A stretch of 64,000 nt of DNA from contig OZ024749.1 in assembly GCA_964016885.1 (NCBI GenBank), forward strand, positions 38,874,001-38,938,000, given 5' to 3'. The notes beneath the pieces were generated by a model, which saw nothing but the letters and a program-made list of their open reading frames with translations, was not told the origin of the DNA and ran no database searches. Origin of the DNA: Eledone cirrhosa (Eukaryota). This document shows positions 28,482 to 39,393 of the stretch, piece after piece. The translations under genes were made by a program, and so were the position numbers. The stretch's first letter is position 1; every line of letters begins with the position of its first letter.

Positions 28482-28600
28482 CTGGTGTGAGCACTGACAT
28501 CCATGATAAACAGTCTAAAAATGAGAAAATTGGAAGAACTCTTTCTGTGATAGTGGTGTCCAGTAAGGATGCAGTCGGTGTATCAGTTGATGGTACAGCG
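28482..28600 (+). CDS. POMGNT1: POMGNT1 exon 3 (stem domain)
   Basis: ...RTLSVIVVSSKDAVGVSVDGTA; TTGCAG acceptor, GTAGGT donor; 119 nt, frame-consistent. Confidence 0.9.
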
Positions 28601-28964
28601 GTAGGTTCCATCCCATTCTACCCATGTTCACCTCATTCCACATTACTCACCATTCCACACTCCACCACATTCCAATCCATCCCACTCCACCTCACCCCTG
28701 TCCATCCCACCCTGACTCCCCCAACCCATGTGCACCCAATTCCACATCCCACCCCATTCCATTTCATCCAACCCCTACCATGCAACTGTAAAATAATTAC
28801 AAAGCAGCTGCACCAAAGTAAACTGCAAATTTCTAAATTTATAGAACTATTCAACCTGTTTTAATAGAAAAACACAACAAAATATACAAAATATTCAAAT
28901 TTTACTGCTCTTCTCTCCATGACTAAACAATAAAAAACCCTACTAAAGCCTCCTACGTGTGCCA

Positions 28965-29385
28965 TTAGAATTATGTCACTGCTCCTGCCATTAAAATGAA
29001 TTATGTCCCTGTAATTAAAATTAATTAATTATGTCCATCTCTGTATTGAAAATTGATTAACTATGTCCCTGTTCCTGAAATTAAAATTAATTATGTCGCT
29101 GTTCCTGCCATTAAAATGAATTATGTTCCTGCTTTTGAAGTTAAAATTAATCAATTATGTCCCTGCTCCTGCCATTAAAATTAATTATCTACATGCTCCT
29201 GCCATTAAAATTAATTATGTTCCTGCTTTTGAAATTTAAATTAATCAATTATGTCCCTGCTTCTGCCATTAAAATTAATTATGTACCTGCTCCTCCCATT
29301 AAAATTAATTATGTTCCCGCTTTTGAAATTAAAATTAATCAATTATGTCCCTGCTTCTGCCATTAAAATTAATTAATTATGTCTC
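28965..29385. repeat. ~30-34 bp minisatellite
   Basis: AATTATGTCCCTGCTCCTGCCATTAAAATT units. Confidence 0.85.
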
Positions 29386-29420
29386 TTTTTAATTTGTTTT
29401 TGTTTTTATTTTTCTTGAAG

Positions 29421-29486
29421 GTTTTACATGATGAAGAACCTGATAAGAACCGAGGTATTCATGTTATTGTCCTGAACCAGGCAACA
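29421..29486 (+). CDS. POMGNT1: POMGNT1 exon 4
   Basis: VLHDEEPDKNRGIHVIVLNQAT (RGIHVIVLNQAT signature); AG/GTAAGT; 66 nt. Confidence 0.95.
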
Positions 29487-29667
29487 GTAAGTAGCTAGCT
29501 GTGTGTGTTGGGAATCCCTTAGTGTGTGTATGTGTGTGCGTCTTTGTCTGTCAGTTAATGCTTGCATCTGTTTATTAGTGTGTGTCTGTTAGTGTGTATC
29601 TGTATGATGATGATAAAGATGATATACAACATATCTCACTCACAATCATACCATTTGTGTTGCTGTT

Positions 29668-30402
29668 AGATATGATTGCTTATATTAATATATGATTGTT
29701 TAAATATGATTGCTTATATTAATATATGATTGTTTAAATATGATAGCTTATATTAATATGATTGTATAAATATGATAGCTTATATTAATATGATTGTATA
29801 AATATGATAGCTTATATTAATATGATTGTTTAAATATGATAGCTTATATTAATATGATTGTTTAAATATGATAGCCTATATTAATACGATTGTATAAATA
29901 TGATAGCTTATATTAATATGATTGTTTAAATATGATTGCTTATATTAATATATGATTGTTTAAATATGATTGCTTATATTAATATGATTGTTTAAATATG
30001 ATAGCCTATATTAATATGATTGCTTATATTAATATATGATTGTTTAAATATGATTGTTTATATTAATATGATTGTTTAAATATGATTGCTTATATTAATA
30101 TATGATTGTTTAAATATGATTGCTTATATTAATATGATTGTTTAAATATGATAGCCTATATTAATATGATTGTTTAAATATGATAGCTTATATTAATATG
30201 ATTGTATAAATATGATAGCTTATATTAATATGATTGTTTAAATATGATAGCCTATATTAATATGAGTGTTTAAATATGATAGCTTATATTAATACGATTG
30301 TATAAATATGATTGCTTATATTAATATGATAGCCTATATTAATATGATTGTTTAAATATGATAGCTTATATTAATATATGATTGTTTAAATATGATTGCT
30401 TA
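29668..30402. repeat. 32/34-bp AT-rich minisatellite
   Basis: ATATGAT(T/A)GCTTATATTAATATGATTGTTTAA units. Confidence 0.9.
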
Positions 30403-30460
30403 TTGAAGTAATTACAATGCAAGATAACTATACAGTTTGCTGTTGATGTTGTATTTGTAG

Positions 30461-30574
30461 GCAAGTGTGATGGCCAAGAGGGTGTTTGATACATACAGTA
30501 AACAAGAAGATGAAGCAATGGTTCTCTTCCTTAATATGATCACAAATGGTCGAATCATCATCTTCACAATCAAG
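30461..30574 (+). CDS. POMGNT1: POMGNT1 exon 5
   Basis: [38 protein letters not shown]; AG/GT; 114 nt. Confidence 0.95.
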
Positions 30575-30649
30575 GTCTGTAATCTTCATATTTCTTTACC
30601 TCTAGTCTCCCTCCCTCCCTCCCTCCCTCCCTCCCTCCCTCCCTCCCTC

Positions 30650-30691
<42 letters not shown>

Positions 30692-30695
<4 letters not shown>

Positions 30696-30886
30696 GGAAC
30701 CAGTAAGACCCTGACGGCTGAGCTCAAGCCGTTTCGACGGCTAATTCAGTCCAGAATTAGCCGTCGAAACGGCTTGAGCTCAGCCGTCGGGGTCTTACTG
30801 GTTCCTATTACCCACTCTACTACCCCAAGTATTGAGTACTTTGGTGCGTTATGGTCCACCTGGTTCCTTACCACATTTCCTTTGTT
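30692..30886. mobile_element. (TA)n-embedded foldback element
   Basis: About 54-bp arms around the loop AGTCCA, then a unique tail ending TTTGTTATATA. Confidence 0.7.
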
Positions 30887-31355
30887 ATATATATATATAT
30901 AATCTCATCATCACCATCACCATTTTACGTCCATTCTTCCACTCTAGCATGGGTTAGACAGGTTGTCCTGTCGTGGGCAATGCCCAGTCGGCTGACCTTG
31001 TCTTGCTCATACAGGAACTGATTCTGGCTTGATTTCTACAGCTGGATGCCCTTCCTAACACCAACCTCATATACAGTGAGTGTTGGGTGCTTTTTTGCCG
31101 TGGCGCCTACACACCCACTTTACAGTGTGGGCTGGATGCTTTTTTTGCCGTGGCACCTCCACGACCACTTTGCAATGGGAGGGGGTGGGGGAATATTGTC
31201 TATATGCTTCAGCTTATAGGAAAAGAGTCAGGTCAGGCCCCCAACGGCTGAGCTCCGGCCATTTCGACAGCTAGATCCAAACTGTATTGAGTACTCTGGT
31301 GCGTTATGGTCCACCTGTTTTCTTACCACACTTTCTTTGTTATATATATATATAT

Positions 31356-31656
31356 ATAATATATAAGATCAAAAGATGGTTAAAAGAGTTCCATGTATTT
31401 TATTATGCGCATTTCAAAAACAAATATCATCATGCAATAACATTTGCGTTTTCGTCAGATAAAATAGGGAGACATGATATGAAGGTTAAAACACACTTGT
31501 GAATAGGGCAGTTTTAAATCAACATATAAAATACATGGAACTCTTTTAACCATCTTTTGATCTTATATATTATTTATACTCCAGTCCTACAAACTGTAGA
31601 GTGCTTCTTATCCGATATCTGCATTGCTTTATTGTACTACAATAAAACTCACCTCC

Positions 31657-31660
<4 letters not shown>
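31356..31660. mobile_element. Hammerhead-bearing foldback element (family B), Penelope pseudo-LTR-like
   Basis: 48-bp arms 31356-31403 and 31526-31573; homologous to 63365-63904. Confidence 0.7.
31396..31466 (-). ncRNA. Type I hammerhead ribozyme motif (family B)
   Basis: UAUUUUAU-CUGACGA-[36-nt stem-loop II]-GAA-AUGCGCAU-A-AUAAAAUA; 8-bp stem I, palindromic stem III, AUA cleavage triplet. Confidence 0.8.
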
Positions 31661-31705
<45 letters not shown>

Positions 31706-31759
31706 GTGAGGTTTTTTTACAAAATGAAAAATAACCGAGGTGTCCTACACGAGTGAAAG

Positions 31760-31943
31760 TATAAAGAAAAAGAGATGAAATCGAAAATGCAACTGGAGTC
31801 TTATTAGAAAAACCACAGACCCTCCATCTCAACTCACCTTTTGAAAAGCAGAAGAACTGCGAAACCGGTAAAGGAACCAAATAAATATATATATTTTTTA
31901 AAAAAATAAGACTCCAGTTGCATTTTCGATTTCATCTCTTTTT

Positions 31944-31950
<7 letters not shown>
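31760..31950. repeat. 46-bp inverted repeat enclosing a hammerhead motif
   Basis: Arms 31760-31805 and 31905-31950. Confidence 0.9.
31837..31874 (+). ncRNA. Minimal hammerhead motif with U3-A8 core variant
   Basis: CCUU-UUGAAAA-GCAG aagaa CUGC-GAA-A CCGG U-A-AAGG. Confidence 0.65.
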
Positions 31951-31974
<24 letters not shown>

Positions 31975-32107
31975 GCAATGTCTTACTTGGTCTTCCCTTT
32001 CCTCAATATTCAATTCTTGTACAGTCTTTTATCATTCTTTCGTTCTGTCTTACAGAAAGTTGAGTTCTGAAGTGTTTATATTTTACGATATTTTGTTGCT
32101 TGTGTAG

Positions 32108-32225
32108 GACGAAGGATCATTCCAACTGAAACAGACTGCTCGCAATGTATTGAAGCAACTGGGCAGTGAGAAGGCTGATTTCCTCAACTGGAGAGACATG
32201 TGGGCATTTATTACAGTTAAAAAAA
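32108..32225 (+). CDS. POMGNT1: POMGNT1 exon 6 (followed by a GC donor)
   Basis: DEGSFQLKQTARNVLKQLGSEKADFLNWRDMWAFITVKK; the frame into exon 7 requires donor A|GCAAGT at 32226; 118 nt. Confidence 0.88.
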
Positions 32226-32392
32226 GCAAGTATTTCCTCTCAAACATCTTTGAATATATTTTAAGAGCATTTTCCCTCCCAAGACAGGGATTAGTAAGTC
32301 TTGCAAGGAATGATGATGATGATGATGATGATGGTAATGAACGTTTGACCTGAAATATTGAGTAAAAATGTGTTTTTTATTGTTTGTTTCAG

Positions 32393-32491
32393 GTGGGAAA
32401 GTTGCTGAAGCTTATAGCAAGTCTCTAGATTTATCAAGTTGGGGAGAAAAGGTTACTCTCACTGCAGCAATACCATTAGTACCAGCTGAAT
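32393..32491 (+). CDS. POMGNT1: POMGNT1 exon 7
   Basis: GKVAEAYSKSLDLSSWGEKVTLTAAIPLVPAE; TTTCAG/GTAAGT; 99 nt. Confidence 0.92.
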
Positions 32492-34029
32492 GTAAGTGAT
32501 ATACATATATAATAATAATAATAATAATAGTAATGAAAATTATTGTGTACAGTGCTCAGGTGCACTATCTTGTATCTTTACTTCTTTTTCTTGTTATTGT
32601 TGTCATCGGTGATGATGATGTTGTGGTTGGTGGCAGTGTTTAGCCTCCCAGTCAGCTCTTATCTAACAATTTTCTACCAATCCATTGAAGCAGATTTCTC
32701 AATCAGAGCTGACTGAGAGGCTAAACAACACCAACAACAATAACAACAACAAAGATAACTTCTGTAATTTGATTAACTACTAAATATTGTATTTCCACTG
32801 TTGTATTGAGTAAATGTCAACTGCCTATGAAACCAACCAAACAGGGAAAAGCAGACGTAAAATGATGATGATGTTTGTATGTATGTATATCTATATGTTT
32901 GTATGTATGTATGCATGTATATCTATCTATATATGTATATATAAATATATAATTGGTAGCTGTACAACTGTAGGTTTTTCAGATAAACAAATACATAGGA
33001 TAAATACGATAAAATGAAATAAAAAAAAAAAGAATTATTTCAAAAAAGTATTGTTTAAAAGTTAAAAGAAAATACATACACGCTCACATGTAAACAATCT
33101 CACACACACCCACACAATATATACATATTAGATGACTATTGGCTCTCATGACTTCTTCTGCCCTTTGTCAGGTTTTGTTTTTTACCTTGTAGGGTGTCCA
33201 AAATCACCCTCCTCACCTAGCAAACCTGGTGGGGATTGCCAGTTTAGTTGCTGACAACCCAACCATACAACAGTTTGTACAAGTATGGATGTGATGTCTT
33301 TGAGCAAAATCAAGTTGAGCATGCTGCTCTTGTAGTATTCACTTTGTAAGCAGGACCCAAGTGCAGTCCCTGCAAAATTCCAGATGGAATTGAGGTGCAA
33401 TGTATGAGGCAGATTTCTTCTGACAAGAGCTGGACTTGTCACTCAGCCAGAGAGAAATTGAGCTACTTGTGAGATGGTTCTACCATCAGACCCTCTGCAG
33501 TACACATGCAATAAGTGTAGCTTAATTTGCAAGTCAGCTAGTGAACTGACCAGACAAGTGAGAATACATGAAGGCATACACCAGCCGGTAATGCAGCCAT
33601 ATATATATTATCATATATTAATATATATCATCATCATCATCATCATCATCATCATTTTACATCGATGTCTCCACGCTAGCATGGGTTAGACGGGTTGTCC
33701 TGTTGTGGGCAATGCCAGGTCAGGTGACCATGTCTTGCTCATACAGGACTGATTTTGGCTCGGTTTCTACAGCTGGATGCCCTTCCTAACACCAACCTCT
33801 TTTACAGTGAGTACTGGGTGCCTTTCTACACGACCACTCTACAGTGTGGACTGGGTACTTTTTGTCGTGACACCTACTCGACCACTTTACAGCAGGAGGG
33901 GCGTGGGGGCATATTGTTTATATGCTTCAGCTTCGGCTTGTACCCGTGGGAACTCGGGTCTTCTGTATTACTGCGTAACGCCAGAATATATATATATATT
34001 AACTAACTATTGTATTTCCTCTGTTGTAG

Positions 34030-34157
34030 TGAGTGAATGTCAATGGCCTATCAATGAAATCAACAATCGTCGTAAAACATTCTGTTCAAAAGTTGAAGGT
34101 TATGGTAGTGTTTGTCAGTGTAAGGATCCTGCCCCAATTGTATTCAATCCAAGTACC
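34030..34157 (+). CDS. POMGNT1: POMGNT1 exon 8
   Basis: SECQWPINEINNRRKTFCSKVEGYGSVCQCKDPAPIVFNPST; 128 nt. Confidence 0.95.
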
Positions 34158-34204
34158 GTAAGTTGTATTATTATTATCATTATTTGTGGCTAATAAATGA
34201 AACC

Positions 34205-34880
34205 ATCAGTATCAGTAGAGGGTCGGACGCCATGCTTTGCAGCACAGAGTTACGTACCTTTACGATCTGAATTCAAATCCCGCCGAGGTTAACTTTGCCT
34301 TTCATCCTTACGGGGGTCGATAAAATAAAGTACCAGTAATACACTGGGTAATTGCTGGCCTTGTGCCAAAAGTAGAAACAATTATCACTATTATCATTAT
34401 TTCTTCTTCATAAGGGCTGTGGATTGCCAGAATCAGTAGAGTGCCGGGCAGCATACTTTGTAGCACATAGTTTTGGCTCTTTATGTTCTGAGTTCAAATC
34501 CCACCTAATTTAGCTTTGCATTTCGTCCTTACGGGGGGTCGATATAATAAAGTACCAGTAATGCACTGGGATTGATTTAATCGGCTTTCCCCTTCCCCTT
34601 CAAATTGCTGGCTTTGTGCCAAAGATAGAAACAATAATTTTTATTATTATTTCTTCTTTTTAAGGGCTGTGGTTTGGCAGTATCAGTAAAGCGTCGGGCA
34701 ACATACTTTGCAACATATAGTTATGTTCCTATACATTCTAAGTTTCAAATCCTACCAATGTTAGCTTTGCCTTTCGTCCTTATGGGTTTGATAAAATAAA
34801 GTACCAGTAACACACTGGGTCAATTTGACTTTCTCCTCCCCTTCAAATTGCTGGCTTGTGCCAAAGTAAAAACAATTAAT
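34205..34880 (+). mobile_element. Three head-to-tail family-1 SINE copies
   Basis: A/B boxes and GCCTTTC(A/G)TCCTTA repeated three times. Confidence 0.8.
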
Positions 34881-34987
34881 ATTTCTTCACAATCAGACTG
34901 ATCTGCCATCAAAATTACACTGCAGGAGTAAGTGATAACAAATGACCAAAAGTCCTGTAGTTCCTCATCTACCATTACATTTGAACA

Positions 34988-35622
34988 ACAGTGAAACCTT
35001 GGTTCATGAACAATTTTTACGAACATAAAACACCTCGGGTGATGAATGGTGTCTCTAGTATTAAACACATAAGCTGGCAACAAAAGTTGGCGACAAGCTG
35101 GGAGTTTCGGCAGGAAAGTGTCACTTCATGTGTAGTTAATTACTATGGTGACATCATCATCATTTCATTTTACGTCCACTTTTCCCTGCTTGCAAGGGTG
35201 GGACGGGAATTGATGCTGGCTTGATTTCTACAGCTGGTTGCCCTTCCTAACACCAACCTCATTTACAGTGAGTGCTGGGTGCTTTTTTGTCGTGGCACCT
35301 CCACGACCACTTTGCAGTGGAATGATAGGGACCCCAGTCCCTATCATCTCATTTCTACAGCTGAGTAAACTGGAGCAATGTGAAATAAAGTGTCTTGCTC
35401 AAGGAAACAACACATCACCCGGTCTGAGAATTGAACTCACAACCTTTCGATTGCAAGGCCAATGCTCTAACCACTCAGCCATGTGCCTCCACACACAGTC
35501 TCTCTCACCCACTGTATTTCTCTCTAAACATTTCATATAGGGAAAAATAGTTTTGGTTTAACATTTCGCATGACGAATGGCCATCGGGAATGAATCAAGT
35601 TCATGAACCGAGGTTCCAATGT
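34988..35622. mobile_element. Tc1/Tigger-type MITE with a nested family-2 SINE (35152-35490, -)
   Basis: TIR CAGTGAAACCTTGGTTCATGAAC / GTTCATGAACCGAGGTTCCAATG. Confidence 0.6.
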
Positions 35623-35774
35623 ACCCTCCTAAAAATTCTGGTTTTCATTTCATTTCATTTGAGTTTGAGTCCATGCTCAGGCCAAGTCGAAGACTCCACC
35701 CTCTATAAATGTATGTATGTTTTATCTATAATTGAACTAGTATCAGTATATTATATATATTTTCTCTTCCACAG

Positions 35775-35845
35775 CTCCCACAACAGAAAATTTCACAGGT
35801 GCCTGTAGCTGTGATAGCAAGTGACCGGCCACACTATTTGTACAG
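35775..35845 (+). CDS. POMGNT1: POMGNT1 exon 9 (start of GT13 catalytic domain)
   Basis: LPQQKISQVPVAVIASDRPHYLYR; 71 nt. Confidence 0.93.
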
Positions 35846-36384
35846 GTTTGTTGATATCTTGTAACATATACAGCAACAGGGTTATTTTAATTTGAGGATG
35901 TTATTGCAGTTAGGGTGTTGTGTTGATGATTGTAGTAAGGTGCTGGGTTCAATCTGTGGCCTAGGTAAAGCCATGTGTCCTTAAATGAGGTACTTTATGT
36001 CACTTAGCTCCGGTCCACCCACAAGAATGTGTACCAGAAGCAGCTGGTACCTTGCGATAAATTGGTGTCCCATCCAGGAGGTAGTCTAGTATTCACTATA
36101 ACTTAATGTCAATGAAACCAGGTTTAAAATATGTTGTTATATGAAGTGCTGTTGTGATATATTACATCTGTTCTATCTCTGCTTATTCCCTCAAATTATT
36201 ATATTTCGTTGAAGATCTCTTTTACTAAGTGTTGAATATTATACCTTATATTAGTGCTGTTTATTCACTTATGTTATCATTATATACATATATGTATATA
36301 AAAGGTAAACAGAAATAACAGCACAATCGGTACAGTATATGGAAGGAATATATTAGGTTAACGCTTGAAATAGCAGGAAGAGGG

Positions 36385-36420
36385 TCTTAACGTTTCGGAT
36401 GCTAGTCCTTCATCAGAAGA
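36385..36420 (-). ncRNA. Minimal hammerhead motif (family C)
   Basis: UCUU-CUGAUGA-A-GGAC UAGC AUCC-GAA-ACGU-U-AAGA; degenerate paralogues at 15215-15250(-) and 21592-21627(+) have GAAA>AAAA. Confidence 0.65.
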
Positions 36421-36708
36421 AAGAATGAGAAATAAGATAGATTGAAGGGACGGGCGGGTTGGAATTGTAAAAAATGTCTTTCGATAAAAATAACAGATTC
36501 ATTCATGTTGACATCTCTTGGAAAACTGTTGATGCTGGCATTTTGTGTATGATATATTTTTTTAGAAAAGGGGATGATTGATCGTGTCGTATGTACACCT
36601 GGATCGGGATGGGCTCTGCCAGGCTTAAAAATGCCTAAGAAACACAGTATGCCACTACAACACCCCTAATACTCCATCATGAGTTATCGGACCCTAGCAT
36701 ACTACCAT

Positions 36709-36756
<48 letters not shown>

Positions 36757-36987
36757 TTGTAACTAAGACTGTCAATTGCCTTAACTTGAACCTAAACAAA
36801 TTTCCACCAATCCAATATTATTCAGGAACACAATCAAATGCAATAGCAGCCAATCCCACAGATGGATCTTTATATCATTAAAATGTCCTTTACAAAGTGT
36901 TATTGTTATATCTTATCTGTACTTTTGTTATATCTTATCTGTACTTTGTCTGTTCATTGCTTCAAGTTGTATTATATTTCATTCCAG

Positions 36988-37063
36988 AATGTTGCAGTCA
37001 ATCTTGTCGACTCCTGGAGCTAATCCTGACATGATAACAGTGTTTATTGATGGTTACTATGAG
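36988..37063 (+). CDS. POMGNT1: POMGNT1 exon 10
   Basis: MLQSILSTPGANPDMITVFIDGYYE; 76 nt. Confidence 0.95.
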
Positions 37064-37556
37064 GTACATAACATATATATATATATATATATATATATCA
37101 TCATCATGTTCGCATGAGTTAGGTGGGACTTTTTGAGGCAATGTTTTTTCAGCTGGATGCCCTTCGTGACACGGACCCTTTTAGTTGCTTCTTACAACAC
37201 ACAGGGATATGGTATACCCGTTTTAAACCAGATACAGCCTTATATATTTACACACACACACACATATATATATTTATTGTATCTTCTCTCTATTGCTTAC
37301 TATATAAGTAGGAGTATTTATATCATAATCATCACCATTATCAACAACATCGGTTTTTCCTGCTACAAGAGAAGGACAGATCATTCATAGATCAAATCGC
37401 TGCACCCTACAGAGTGCATTATGCATTTCATTGTAGCACCAACACTAAGGAGATTGTCGTGTCTTCAACATGACTAAAGAGCTCTCTCTAGTTGGAAATT
37501 GGTAAAATATCATTACATAATGGAGTTTGAAACAAAAACCATACTGGAAATGATAC

Positions 37557-37775
37557 TTAACCATTTAGCATTTAAATTACTCTATATATACTATTGTATT
37601 TTTGTGGTGAAGGTTTTATCTTACATAATTATCTCACATAATATCGAATCTATGAGATTTTCATATATATTTTGAGAACAGTAACTTAACATTAGTGTGA
37701 GTTACGGCCGGTTTGAACAGAAAGAGGTGAGAGAATTCTGGCCGGAAATGGCTGGTTTAAATGCTAAAGGGTTAA
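37557..37775. mobile_element. piggyBac-like MITE (family B)
   Basis: TTAA ends, TIR CC(A/C)TTTAGCATTT; copies at 46052-46277, 49118-49512, 55821-56046, 57356-57582. Confidence 0.75.
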
Positions 37776-38033
37776 ATATTAAAATATAACCTTATGAATA
37801 TATTCTCCACTCATGAGAATTTCAAAACCACACCATCTAAAGATTGTGTGTTGATTAGCTGCCTCGGCTTAGACACAGGGTTTGGAATTTTGCCTATTTC
37901 TCAGACATAAAATAGTGGGGGTCAGCTTATATTCAGATCATCTTATATTCGAGTACATAGGGTAAATATTTGATATTTCCCAGTGAAATATTTTGTTTTT
38001 CCTTTGTTGTAATAAAAATGTTTGTTATTTCAG

Positions 38034-38159
38034 GAACCTCTTGAAGTAACTAAACTATTTGGTTTAATTGGAGTACAACATACACCTCTTGGAGTGAAGA
38101 ATGCCAGGATATCCCAACACTACAAAGCCAGTTTGACTGCAACTTTCAATCGTTACAAG
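38034..38159 (+). CDS. POMGNT1: POMGNT1 exon 11
   Basis: [42 protein letters not shown]; 126 nt. Confidence 0.95.
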
Positions 38160-38410
38160 GTATCAACCTTTTTTCAGTTATGCTGTTAGTTCTATATTTA
38201 ACCCTTTCAGGACGATATTTCTAACCATCTAACCTGATTTTTCCCATATTCCTGTTCAACCAGTATTCTCCTATTCCACTTTACCCACTATTCTACTAAA
38301 CTCACTATACCAGTAAACCCAATATGTCCACTAAACACACTATACCACAATACCACTACCAACTATACCCATTATTTTACTCTACCCTGCATTTTTCACT
38401 ATATTTTCAG

Positions 38411-38469
38411 GATGCTGAATTTGCCATCATAGTGGAGGAAGACTTAGACATTTCCCCAGACTTCTTCAA
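38411..38469 (+). CDS. POMGNT1: POMGNT1 exon 12 (EEDLD metal-binding motif)
   Basis: DAEFAIIVEEDLDISPDFF; 59 nt. Confidence 0.95.
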
Positions 38470-39320
38470 GTAAGTCTCCCTCTTCACTTTCTCTGTCACT
38501 CACTCTCTCACTCTCTCTCTTCTGATATGCTATGTACAATAAAATAACTCAATTATTTACATAACATTACCTAGAAATAGGACTACATTGTATAGAAAGA
38601 ACTCTTTAGTGCTGGTGCCATGATAAAATACAGCCAATATGCTCCGTAAAGTCGTTAGCAATCAAATTGAATCACTTGTCAAGAATAAAACAACCTTTCT
38701 ACTGCTGGTGCCTTGATAGAATACACCTTGTAGACTCTGAAAAGTTATTGGCGTTAGGAAGAGCATCTAGCTATAGATACTGTGCCAAAAGTGGAACATA
38801 TTAAGCCAGACATGGTCAGTCTTTAAAACAGTAACACCAGATACTCTAGGTTCTCTTTGTATTAGTTGGAAGTTGAGTGGATGATATATATATGGGATAT
38901 AGAAGAATGAAAGATAAAATAAGATATGCATAATATATATATGGAATATAGTTGGGATATAGATAGAATATAGATGAGATATAATTGGGATATAGATAAG
39001 ATATGTTTGTAGATATTTCTTTATAGATTAGATAATAAATTATTTATAATATATACAAATTAAATATAATGTTAAAATGAGTGTTTCAAGTAAAGTAAAA
39101 ATATGAAGTTATTAAGACATTTTTATTTATTTATCTGGTGTTGTAATATGTTTTAAGGTAATTAAATAAAGTAAAGATAGTTGAGATATAGATGGCCTAT
39201 AGGTGAAATAAAAATATGTATATGGGATATAGATGACATGTAAATGAGATATAGATGGGATATAGATAAGGCATTTGTTTGATTTAAAAACCAATGTAAT
39301 GTTATGTTTAATTATTTCAG

Positions 39321-39393
39321 TTACTTTAGCCAGACAATGCATCTACTTGATGAAGACCCCAGTATTTACTGTGTATCAGCATGGAATGATCAG
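39321..39393 (+). CDS. POMGNT1: POMGNT1 exon 13
   Basis: YFSQTMHLLDEDPSIYCVSAWNDQ (GT13 SAWND motif); 73 nt. Confidence 0.95.
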
